Assembly: GCA_003344405.1 (NCBI GenBank)
Contig: NOWV01000017.1
Span: 496,001-560,000, forward strand
Length of the DNA stretch: 64,000 nucleotides
Reading direction: 5' to 3'
DNA from: Trichoplax sp. H2
Lineage: Eukaryota
Positions 28,035 to 40,730 of the stretch are shown here, one piece after another (position 1 is the stretch's first letter; every line of letters starts with the position of its first letter). The position numbers were made by a program, and so were the translations under genes. The notes beneath the pieces are model-generated. The model was not told where the DNA came from and did not search any database. It was given only the letters and a program-made list of their open reading frames with translations.

Positions 28035-29650
28035 CTAGCAATATTGAAGAATGGTCTTTATTAGAAAGCTGTTTTTTATCCTACTAGCCAGTAGAATAGG
28101 ATAACCAATATCATATCGATTGAGATACCAAAAGATTAACGCACGGTATTGAATATTTATTTTGATTTTACATTGGATCATGAATAGAGCTTGTAACGAT
28201 TTCAGAGATGAATCGATTGTAGTCCATTTGATCATGAAATAAAAGTAATTTTAGGAATGTTAAAAAATTTCCCTTTGGGGTATCAGTAATTAACTGTCTC
28301 ATCCTACAAGCGAGTAAAATATCATCACTGCGATGGAATACCAAAGGATTAGCGTAATGAGTCAATTAGTCTAGTTTTACATTGGATGATGTCTAAATAG
28401 AACTTGTAACGATTATAAATATTATTTATAGATCCCAAACAAAGTAATTTTAGGAATATTCTAGAATTACCCATCGCAATAACGGTTGAAATTTGCTTTA
28501 GTCTACTAGAGCGTAAAATATCAATTTTTGGAATATCAAAAGATCAACGGGTTGAGCTATTGGTATACCGCATAGACTAATATTAGCTGATGAATAGAAT
28601 TTGTAGGATAGTGTTTGCTCAATATTGAAAAATTGTCCTTTACGGCCATAGCTGAAAAATGCTTTCTATCCTACTAGCGTGTAAAATATCAATCATTGGA
28701 ATGCCAAAAGATCAACGGGTTGAGCTATTTTAGTCTGGTTTTAGATTAGCTACGGTAATGAATAGAAATTTTACTGTAGGAATTATTTGCTATTATTCAA
28801 AATTATTCTTCATGGCAATGTCTAAAGACTGTTTTTATCCTATCAGCGTGTAAAATATATCTCATTGGAATACCAAAAGATCAACGGGTTGAGCTGCCGG
28901 TATTTAGTCCAATTGTAGATTATTTGATCATAGAAGTTGCACGATAGGAATTGATCTATAGTAATGAATTATCCTTTAAGGTAACACCTGAAGACTATTT
29001 TTATCCTACCAACACGTACAATTTCATATTGGAATACTGAAGGATCAACGAATTAAAGCTATTGGTATTGGGACTGATTGCACATTTGCTGATGTACAGA
29101 ATTTGCATGATAGGAATTGCCCCGTATGAAAGAATGATCCTTCAGAGAATGATTGAAAACGATTTTTATCCTATTAGGGTATAGAATATCCATCATTAGG
29201 ATATGAATATGTTTGAGTTATTTACAGTTAGTCTGATATTGGATTGTGAGATGAAATAGAATTGGTAACGTTAGGGATGGATCGATATTGGAGGATTGCC
29301 TGTAGTGGTAATGGCTGAAAACCGCTCTTATCCCATTGGTACATAGAATATCCATTATTGAAATACCAAGGCATCAACATGTTAAGTTATTTAGTGTGAT
29401 TTTAGATTGAATGATCAATAGAGCCTGTCAACATTTCAGTCATATACATACTGTAGTGAATAGATTCCAAAATAAAATCGTCTTAGGGATATTGAAGAAT
29501 TACTCACCACAGTTACAGTTGAAAACTGCCTCTAATCCTACTCGCGAGTAGATTATCAATCAGTGAAATGGAATACCAAAGAATTAACTTGTTAAGCTAT
29601 TTAGTCTGATTTCGGATTAGATGGTCAATGGAATAGAATGTCTAATATGA
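28035..29650. repeat. Degenerate tandem repeat, ~165-210-bp unit, ~9 copies
   Basis: Recurring tatcctac..aaaatatc..ggaataccaaaagatcaacgggttgagct, with anchors near 28125, 28338, 28532, 28701, 28870, 29034, 29363 and 29573. Confidence 0.9.
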
Positions 29651-31924
29651 GGAATGATTAGAGTCTATTTATCTTTCAAGGATTGCATAACACTAATCCG
29701 ATAGGCAGTTTCAAGTTGAGAGTAGTACTGTATTTACTTTTAAAATAAATGAAACACTTATTAAAAATGGAAGAGTTGAACGACACGGGTAGAAATAAAG
29801 GGGAATCTAATTGCTCCAACTCGAACTAAGGTATTCTCCTTTTTAGATATTAAAATGTCATAAGGGTCTAACTTGCTGTCTAGACTAGTATAAACAAGTG
29901 GGATATTTAACTTCCTCCAATCTGTCTCACTCTGTTCCATACAGTAGTCTTGTTCAATTCTTCTTATACTTTAATATTAACGTATTCAAAGAGTCTATGT
30001 TGGCCACAAATTAATCTCTAAACTACAATCTTACAAATATCATATCCTACTGTCTAGCTTATAAATCAATCGATCTGTCTACGATTGCTTACAACAGAGA
30101 AATAATATCCTCCATGACCGAAGAATAAGATATAAATAGATAGAACTTTGAACATCCTTCTGATGTTCAACTATTTGTAATAGTACTTTGCTCAAACCGG
30201 TACAGCGGCATTTAGGTAAAAGAGCCCATCTTTAATGAAAATCTCCACTAATGTCCTATAGAGGTATACTCACTACAATGGATCAACAGGATAATTATAA
30301 TTATTACAATATAAAGTCATTGTCAAATGAAAAGTAAAAGGAAATATTCAAGACTGTCAACGATTATTTGATGTCAGCTTGGACGGGAAACCATTCCATT
30401 TTTCCTTGTAATTTGTCTTTTTCAACTTCCTTTCCTTAATTTACTTGATTGAGTATATTTTCAACATGAAATGCATGGATAGATAAATAGCATAGGACAG
30501 ATAGCTGCTACTTGAATCGATCGAATAACTCGTTCTTATGGTTATAAACACCATTGAAGATGAGAAGAATGGATCGAGCATCTCTTAACTATTGCCAAAT
30601 AAAGAAAAAATGACGTTTCTGTTCCTCAGACTTATACCATACTTCCCAGTTTAAATTGAGTGAGGGGAAATTACGAAAGAGCTATAAATTACTACATAGA
30701 AATAAATAAAAATTGGGCAATAATAACAAAAACGATTCCAGTTCTAAATGAGGGAATCATTTCATTGGGCGTTTCAAACCAATCTATTTTAAGCGATTTC
30801 ATCAAGGGTGATTACAATTCATTAATTTTTGATGAGCTAAAATATAAAATAAATCGGTCTATGCATATTAAAGCTGATTATCGGCCTAAAATACGAACGA
30901 TAGAGGAAGAAAAAGTAGTAGAAAAAGTTGGATTAGAATGCAGGGGGGCAATGACTTGTTAGGCGAGCATACCTTCTTCATACCTAGCCTACACAGTCTT
31001 TCTCTTAGCATTATAGCATCATGCATTTTCCAGCATTGTATCAAATACTACAACCTTCCATAAATAAAAATATTGAAAAGAAAACAATTTCCTACTACTT
31101 GGAAAAATCGATCGTAACAAGATCAAAGTTGATGAAATCTTTCATCCGTTTAAAATCGATTATTATGTTTTGTTTTACTTTAATTTCAAGTTAATTTTAC
31201 CATCATAATGAGTTAAAAAATAAATAGAACAATCTCAAGCTCCAACTATTTTCTACTCTTAAAATGGCCCAAAATCAATACAATGCGTATTGAAATAGCT
31301 CATTTTTAATGGACAGAATTAATGATGCTATTTCATCCTCTATTTTTCTATTGCTTGGAATTTTTATCGCTTTCTATTCAATCGTTTTTTAATGATAATC
31401 CTGCCAAGTCGCATTTTTCACTCTCTAATGTGGAAGATAATAGATATCCTAGCAGCCATAGTCGATGATTCAATCAATACCTATTTCCTACTTGACTAGC
31501 AACTGTAATAAGTTACGATAACAATCCAATCTTGATTGATTACTTACTCAATATCAATTTAAATATCAAATGAGTTGGATTAACCCAATGAAGGAGAAGA
31601 ATGAAAATAACTAAAGTAAATAAAAAGTGAGAAAAAAAAACTCAACAAGTTTAAGTGTTGCATCTGATTAAATAGTAAAAGGTAACCCGATAGAATAAAT
31701 GTGTCTGATGAAAAGGATGAGGAATGAGTGTTTGGATGCAAATCATTCTAATCTCAGCTATGTGAGTATTTCATAAGATACCAGCAACAAGAAGAAAAAT
31801 AACAAGCTTGAAAAGTAAAATCAAGATGCTTTCATTAGATCAACAGTTTATAAACACGAAGAATATCTTCACGTTAGGAAAAGAAATTTCTAATCCATAA
31901 CACGATCGAAGGTAATCTGTATTG

Positions 31925-32322
31925 GATTAGAAATTAGACGCAGAAAATATAACATCCGTCGGCCACTCTGTATCATCATAGAGTTGAAAATAGCGATAGC
32001 GAATTTCAACATTCTTCTTCAGTGGATTCGAAATCCGGCGTAGTAAATAAAAATCGACCTTAAACCATGCAGTATCATCATGGATTACCTTTAAAGTTAG
32101 AAAATCGCGGTAGCGATTCTCCTCTACAATAGATTAAACAGTAGACACAGAAACTCAAACCTGCATCAAGCCGTCCTGTGTCATGATGGATTATATCAAG
32201 AATTGGAGAAATAACGATAACGATTCTCCTCTACAATAGATTGGAAATTCAACACAAAAAATAAAAAACATGCAGCAAATCGACCTGTGGTTTGCATCAA
32301 AAGTTAAAAAATAGCGGTAGCG
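31925..32322. repeat. Degenerate tandem repeat, ~105-112-bp unit, ~4 copies
   Basis: aaaatagcg(a/g)tagcg-like at ~31987, 32101, 32208 and 32307; cgattctcctctacaatagatt occurs twice exactly. Confidence 0.8.
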
Positions 32323-35059
32323 CCAAATGTGTAAATTAATTTATCCCAACAAGTTATTGGCATGTCATAATTGTTGGCATAGACTGAGAGAGGGGAAAAG
32401 ATGCGGTTGCGAGCTCATCGATCATTGGTGTTGTTTTTATTTCTTGTCCTAACAGAACAACTTACCACAGGATAGAGAAAGAGTTCAAAGGTTGTCGGTT
32501 TACTTTATCAAACAAGTAAGTTGGTCTTGCAGCGGCAACGTAATGAATTGAAATCCTTTTCAAATGATGTTGCTCCTTCTTTTATAGCCTGCTGACACAT
32601 GCATTTCCTTTGAATACAGTTCGCCGGGGATCTTAATATAGGAAGGTGGAGTCTAAAAACTCATAAAAAAAATAGGGATTATCTCAATAAGAAATAAGTA
32701 CCATGTCAATGATTGTCTGTTAAATACACTTTCCATTTGAATATGCTGTTTTGGCAATGATATTGTTTCTGTATAGCTAAATAAATACAATAAACTATTC
32801 CATTCAATAATCAATCTGTCTTTAATTTATTTTGATTGTCTTATGTTACCATTTAACTTATTTTCTCAACAAACGCTAGTCTAATCAATGGTATTTGGGA
32901 GAGAGAGAGATAATGGATTCAGCCTTTTGCGACCCACTTCTCATCATCTTTAACTACCCCCTCAGCAGGAAATTCATTCTTGCTACTATTAAATCAGTCA
33001 TTTTTTCCCCTTCATTTTCTATTGATTGTAAGTATTGCTATTATTAATTATTATTGATTTTCTCTCTCTTACAGCTACTGCGTTTTTGCCCCTTTTACAT
33101 CATCTTGTTTATCATCAGTATTGGATTTTATTGTCTTGCTTATTCAATCTTTCTACAATCCAGTTTTTTGGACCTCTTTTACGGACGACCGTAGAATGAT
33201 GCCATCAGCATCCATGATTGCTACTGTACTCCATTAATGTTATTACTATTATTCTCTTGAAATTCGTCATGGATTCATCAGCATAGGCATCATTACATCA
33301 GCCGAGGACAGAAACGAAAATAATGATCCAATCTCTCTTGTCTTGCATTCTTTCTCTTATTCTAACTCTATCTATCATGATAATCCTATCTTACTTTGAT
33401 GGGTAATGCTATCAAATTCTAATTTTAATCCTATCCAATCGAGATGTTATCCTTAAGGCGAGAGTGTTATCATCCAATTAATTATTGTTCACTTTTCAAC
33501 ACCTCCAACAGCTATTTCCAATAGCATCATAGCGATAGATTTTTCCCCTCTCACTCTCTCCCTCCTATTCCTTTATTTGACGATTAAAGCTTGTTGCTTT
33601 GCAGCACTTGTATTTGATGAAGAATCGATAGGGTTAGTGATGATCGTTGGAAAAGAAGAAGGTGGACAAATCAATGATGTGCATTTTAGAGTTCAACCCC
33701 TGAGTGGTTCTAATTTAGAATAATATTGCATGATTAACATCAAGCTGATTGTCAGTAATACTGCCAATAACTATTTTATACCATTAAAATAGCTCGACTA
33801 GTAATCATACTGTTCTATTACAGGCTATGGCTATCCATCCAGAATGAAATAAAGATTGCCTTCGTAAAACTCCCCTTTCAATTTGCAAATTAGCTACAAC
33901 ATCGAGTTCCTTCTCTCCAATTCAAATTTCTTTCACAAAAAGGAAAAGAATCTTTCTCTATTCAATGAAAATCGACTGTATTTTTCATCCACGACTAAGA
34001 TCGATCATGTCAGTGGTGACAATTATTTCATCGCCTACTAAATGATACAAATAGAAACAACATTGAAAAGTCAGAAATAACTTGATCTATGCGATTTGAT
34101 CCTCAGCTCTATACAGTACTTTGTCTTGAAAAGAATGGTATACCATTCTATTCTTTCTCTCTCAATCAACTACTTTTGATCGCTTGCCTGATTTCCTATT
34201 GCTATTTTAAACAATTTACTCAAAGCGTTACTTCTTGAATTTAGAATAATCGGAAGCTATTCCTATTCCATCGCCATCTATCATATGTTTTCTTTATCTT
34301 GTATAATTTCAATTTCAATCACTGTATGCCCAATTTTGACTATTCCATAACGCTATCCATTTTACTCCATGGTTATGGATCACGGGTAAAGATGGGCTAA
34401 GCGAAATGGTAGTGATCGAGGCCAACGTTGAGAATCAACATTCAAATCCTTCCTTAATTATTAATTATTAATGGACAAAATAATTTTATTGTTGTTCATC
34501 TTGGATAGGATTGCTAGTCTCCATCCTACTTTATGCTCATGTCTATCCATCGTTTCAATCTTGTTTCAAATCCATAGCTTGTCTAGCCGGATAACGATTT
34601 ACTAATTGTATTGGGGTAGAAAAAGTAAAATAGAAATAGAGAATAATAAGGATAGATCGATATTATTAACAGGCTAATCATTGTGAACAATTTAAGAATC
34701 TATTTATCATAGTAATCTGGGTTATCATCTTATCAAAATAGTTGAATCTCTTTCCAGTAGATGAATCATTTAATTGTACGATAACATGTTGTCAATTTAG
34801 TTGATATTTTTTCAACAAAGAAATCAACATGAATAAACAATCCTTTTCCCGTCCTAGATGTCTACTTTATGAAAAGCCAATGCAAGGCATCAATATTGTA
34901 TTTGTTGGATACAAGGAAGAGAGAGAGGAGAAAAAAGGATTAGATGCTGGGAAATGTTATCGATGACATTTTATTGACTACTGGTCATAGTCACTACGAC
35001 TATGACTTTTATTATTTATTGTTGCTCTACTCTTTTTCTTTCCTTGATCCGCCATACTA

Positions 35060-35380
35060 CTGTCGATAAAATTGCAACATCTCTTTCCATCCAAGTCGCC
35101 ATCTTGTCAATTATTTTCTTTCTTTTGATTATTACTCATTATGACCCTGCTCTTTCTCCATCGATGATCCGGTTGTTCATGAAAATGGCACTATCTCCTT
35201 CCATCCAAGTGGTTATTTTGCCAATTTATTTTTCTTTCTTGTGATTATTATTATTATTTGTTATTGCTTTCCTTTCTTTCATTCTCCATTTAATAGAGCT
35301 ATCCATTAAAATGGCAATATCGAATTCCATACAAGTTGCCATCTTGCCCAATTAATTTTCATTTTCTATTGATTCTTATT
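35060..35380. repeat. Degenerate tandem repeat, ~115-125-bp unit, 3 copies
   Basis: ttccat(c/a)caagt at ~35085, 35199 and 35325, each preceded by aaaat(t/g)gca. Confidence 0.75.
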
Positions 35381-36374
35381 TGTTATTCTTTTAGCTATTC
35401 ATCTACTGTTCATTTGAGCTATCAAGTAAAGTAAATTACTCATTGATTTCGTCATCAATGTCATTTTTTCCTTGCTAAGGCATAATTTGAGTTCTTGTAC
35501 AACAGCATTATGACTGATAGAGCAACATGAAATTGATTGTATTATCGTCTTGCGTCATCATCAGACGCGATCATTCTCGGACGTATTGATCAAATGGGAT
35601 TGAAAATGATTCTTTCAACTATTCTCATCTCCCTCATAGCTCTAGTAACAATTTCACTCAGCTGTGTCCAATCTTGGACTTACTTATTCATCAACCTTTT
35701 GCGATGTGAAAAGAATAAAATAATCCATTAAAGTAAGAGTATCAATCAATCAATCAATGACGAACCGACTTGCAGCTGAAAAGTCAAAGTCATTGTCATT
35801 GCAAAATTTAAAAAAAGGGGGAAAAAATAAAATTCGTTTTACTCCCTTAACTAGCTTATCGATTCTTTATTACTATCCATTAATTTATCATTTTTACTAC
35901 AATCTATCAAGCGTTGATGATTTTAAATGATGTAGCAATCTCTTTTATTGACTCAGTGTTGATATTGACACCAAGACATTTTGTTTGAATTATAACCTTT
36001 TGATTAATATCACTTTGGTTTTCATCTTATTGACATGCACTCCAAAAGGTGATGAAATAGAAACTTAATCTTATAGCAAAGGGTTGCTCACTATGAGCCT
36101 AATGTACTACTTTTCGACATCAACTATGGCATAAAACGGTTTCTCGTAGAAATTCAGTACAAATTGTCAATATGGTAGTTTAGTAATAGGGTACTCATTA
36201 TCAGTCCAGCTCAACCTATCTCCTGTGTCCACACCTGTAAAATAGTTTTTGACACAAACTATCCCATGGGAAAATGGATTGTTAGATTAATATCGAGTGT
36301 ATAGTCATACTAAAAATCGATAATAGTTTGCGACACAAACTATCCCGTAAAAATGGATCATAAGCCTATCATAA

Positions 36375-37500
36375 AAAATAGCCAATTAAATTTCAAAGTA
36401 TTCTACCCAAGCAATATAGTCTCTTCAAGTGGTGGCTATCCAGCCAACTCTATTTATCATCAAACATAGTCAGCAATATTTCAATGTATTCTATCCATTC
36501 AAGAGTCTCTTCAAGTGCTGACTATTAAGCTAACTCTATTTATCATCAAATATAGCCAGTAACATTTCAATGTATCCTATCCATGCAATAGTCTCTTTCA
36601 AGTGCTTATTATTAACCCAGCTGTATTTATCATCCAATATAGCCAGTAACATTTCAATACATTCTAACCACGCAATAGTCTATTCAAGTGCTGACTATTA
36701 ATCCAACGCTATTTATCATCTAGCATAGCTAGTATCATTCAAATAGATTCTATCTATGCCATAGTCTTGAGGTATTGACTATTAACTCAACTTCATTTAT
36801 CATCCAATATAGCCAATATCATTCCAATACTTTCTATCAATCGCAATAAGGTCTGACTAATACCATAACTCCATCTGCAATCAAACAAAGTATCATTCAA
36901 ATATATTCTATCAATGTAAAAGTCTTCAGGCATTGGCTATTAGCTTAGCTCTATTAATCAACAAACATAACCTGGATCATTTAGATCTATTCTATCAATG
37001 CAATAGTATTAAAGCGTTAACTATTAACCTAACCTCAATTTATCATCAAACATAGCCAGCATTATTTAAATCGATTCTGTCAGTGCAATAGCAGTAAGGT
37101 TCACGAATTAGCCCAACTCTATAGATCATCGAATATAGCCAATATTATTCAAATCGATTCTATCAATACTATAGCAGTAATCTGAGGGCCTAGTATATTC
37201 AAATAGATTTTATCAATGACATAATCTCGAGGCATTTACCCTTAATCCAACTCAATTTATCCTCAAACATAGCCAATACTATTCAAATAGATTCAATAAA
37301 TGTCATAGTCTTGAGGTATTTACGATAAGTCAAACTTAATTTATCCTCACCTCAAACATTACCAGCACTATTCAAACCGTTTCGATTAATGCTGTAGACT
37401 ATAGTCTGAAGGTATTTACGATTAGCCCAACTCAATTAATCCTTAAATACCCAAATAAATGAATGCAATGGCAATAAAGTCTTGGAATTAGCCAAACTTA
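36375..37500. repeat. Degenerate tandem repeat, ~85-bp unit, ~13 copies
   Basis: Unit approximately tattctatccatgcaatagtctcttcaagtgctgactattaacccaactctatttatcatcaaacatagccagtaacatttcaa; tttatcatc at ~36453, 36540, 36626, 36712, 36797 and onward. Confidence 0.93.
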
Positions 37501-40284
37501 ATCTATCTCTTACCCTATGTATTAAATATCAAAACTTGTAATAGCTTTTTAAATTATTCCATCAAATTAGATCGTGAAACGATCATTAAACACAGGCAGT
37601 ATTTCATAAAAAAACCATTGTATCAATGCAATTAATTATCGGCAAAGGGGAAAATTTACCTTTTGTCTAACTTCTAATCAATGCTACAATATCTTGTTAT
37701 TACGCATTAAAGTGGAAAATATGCGGAGGTTCATGATCAAGAGAAAGAAAATGAAAGAAAAAGCCATTTATTACGTGAGTTACAACGTAAAAATTGTCCG
37801 ATATTGTATTTGATTGCACGTAAACAGTACAACTTTGACATCATAAATTAGAAAATATAGAATTGTATTCTTTCACTAAAAATTGCCTAAAGGAATATAC
37901 CGCACCCTTCATTTATAAAGAGTGTAAATTGCTAACATTGAATAAAAAGGATAAATGATCAAAGTCAGTATATTTAGGAAATGGAAATGACCGTCTTACA
38001 AGCACGGTTTTGTGCTTTACTATCTTCAAGTGGAACTTCGACGTCATTAAATAAACGCTGATAGCTAGAATTGGCAATAGATTCTAGAATCAATGGCCAA
38101 AATTTATCACCATTTATCCATCAGTGATGATCCTCTATTTCATGAATTTTTCAAAGTAGGGTAACATGAGGTGGAAGATAGTCTTTTCCATTTTGTACAA
38201 TACTTTATCCTACGTTAGAGTGCTACATTATTGAGTCCTTTATATCTCATACTATTTCAGTTCATGAATCTCCATGATGATCAAGTAGCCGACTTGGAAA
38301 AGAATACAATAGAAGTTCAAAAGGACTTTCCTTGTAATTCGTAAAATGGAGCTATTAAAGTTACTTTTAAATTCATTATTGATCAATAGTGTAAAGAATA
38401 CAGTACTTGATGACGTTTGCATATTTCGTGATTACGCATTAAAAAACGATAATAACTTTTATTATATAGCATGTTTCTATCATCATTCCCCCTTCCTACC
38501 AGCGTTTTTTCTTTCTCATTTTCTATGCATTAAGATTTTAAACAATTAATTTTTTCAAGAGTAATCAACTGTAGTCATAAAAGCAATGGAAATAACGTTG
38601 GTAAAAAAGCATATTGTCAATAGTGGAATCAACCCGGGCGTTGAAATTCCAATAGATAACCATACAAGAAAAGAATTGCGGAAATGAACTCTACTATACA
38701 ACATATTTGCTTGATATTTATGCCTCAAGTGATAATTGATGACATCATGAAGACAGAAAGAATAAATAAGATCTAGCTAGGACAAGATGGCAGGTAAGAA
38801 TGGATAATGCTTTCGGAGAAGTTTCTTGTTCATTTTGATTGATATTGAGATTGTATTTATGGGCTACAGACAGGATATGAATTTATCTATCCATCTATCG
38901 ATCGAAAGCTATCACGATGAGGACGTAAATAGAATGAGGAAAACTCAGTAGATAATGTACTACTTTTAGATAAGTTTCATGTCCATAATATTGACATTAT
39001 ATTGTATTGGAGTGCTACTGTTTAGAATATTTAACTCATCTATCCATCTATCAACTGACAACTATCATTGATTTACTGCAGATATAAAAGATAGATATAC
39101 AAAATATTCATAAAATTCTTCCTGCATTCTCTCTCAATAATCAAAATACACCGACCACATTTCACAGACCCAACGAATTAAAAGAAATTCGTGGAGAATA
39201 GGATTCCAAAAATGAATTCCCCATTTATGTTTTGAAACAAACTTCATCAAATGCCAATTTAGACACAGCTTGCTCGATATTGTCTCAAGTATATTGAATC
39301 ACGCCAATATCGCTCGCTAAATTACATATTATCGGTAGGTGATTGTTGCTCAATACTACTCTACCCTTCTCTCTCTATCAATGTTATGGCTCTAGTCTTG
39401 ACAAGATCATGTCAATTAGGATAACGACAGCAACAAATAGGATAATAAATAGTTGCACTCGACACTCGTTACCACGGTTCAAACTTGAACAACCTGGAAA
39501 AACAAATTACATCTTCTACATACCTATTACAATATTAACTAAAAAATGATTTGCTAAGGACTATTTTGAGTTAACGTCCAATTAATTGAAAACGTTAGTA
39601 ATTGGTTATCATTCATATCGTTAGACTGTAATAGGAATTAAAAGAAGAAGATGGTAAACAATATTAAATCTATTATAATTCAATTGGAAATAATGAAGCC
39701 ACTTTGTTATAATCAATGTCTGTATTTTGCGTTCTTTTCGCCTATCAGTGGGCATCGACCAGGACTAGGATCGACGTATCTTTGTTTCTAGTTGAATAGT
39801 TTCCATTGACACGCATTAAAACATAATTTTCTACGTGCTGCTATGGCTATTGCATTGCTAATTCATATTTCGAAGTTAATGGAGCTTAAAATAATAGGAT
39901 AATAAAATTTATTTTTTTATCTAACGTTAGAAAGTACATTATCGCATAATATAAAATAGTACATAAAAGGTTTGAGCCTAATTTAAAGCGTTTGGATGAC
40001 TCATTAATGTTCTAATTGTTTTTAAATGAGCTAAATAGCGTAACAGAAGAATTCTAATATTTTTCTTTAATCATAAACTAGAAAAGGCAGATAAAGGATC
40101 CATATCCTAATTTTAATATCGATACCTGATAATACCAATCGAATCTAGACAAGAAATCAAATCAGAGTCAGCTCAAAAAGACATTAGTTGTAAATGCAAA
40201 CTGAAAGTGAAATTAGAGCATTAGAGCTAAATTGAACAGCAGCAACATGTATAAGAGCGGTGTACAGCAATAATATCGTGTGAA

Positions 40285-40730
40285 TAGATAGATCAAACTA
40301 TTACTCACAACTTTATCAATCGATAGATAGGGGTAGACTGAGCGATCGAAATGATTATTTGCAAAACTTTATTAAATCGATAGATGAAGATAAATAGATC
40401 GATCGAAATGATTAATCGAGCTTAGATGCATTGAAATCAAATAGGTCGAAATTGAATACACTAATATCAAATGGATAGATAGATCGAAAAACTCAATTAA
40501 ACTTGGATTGACTGATGTCCTATAGATAGATGGATTGATATGATTGTTTGCAATATTATCCAATAGTTAGATCAATTAAAACAATTATTCGAACTTGGAT
40601 ATACACTGACTACACATATGATACCGGTAGGATATCGAAAATGGATAGATCGATCGAAATAATAAATCGAATTTGCTTACATTGATATTAAACAGTTAAA
40701 TAGATCGAAATGATTAATCGAACTTGGTCA
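40285..40730. repeat. Degenerate tandem repeat with atagatcgatcgaaatgattaatcgaacttg core
   Basis: The core recurs about 6 times at irregular 55-90 bp spacing. Confidence 0.75.

Noticed and set aside
30660-30962. 100-aa ORF
   Set aside because: GTG start, AT-driven composition and no recognisable homology.
32913-33240. Small hydrophobic peptide gene on the + strand
   Set aside because: All three frames are open because of T-richness, and the required intron is only ~47 nt.
36375-37500. CRISPR-like appearance of the regular array (also 28035-29650)
   Set aside because: Whole units are homologous, with no invariant repeat plus unique spacer, no cas genes, and a eukaryotic context.
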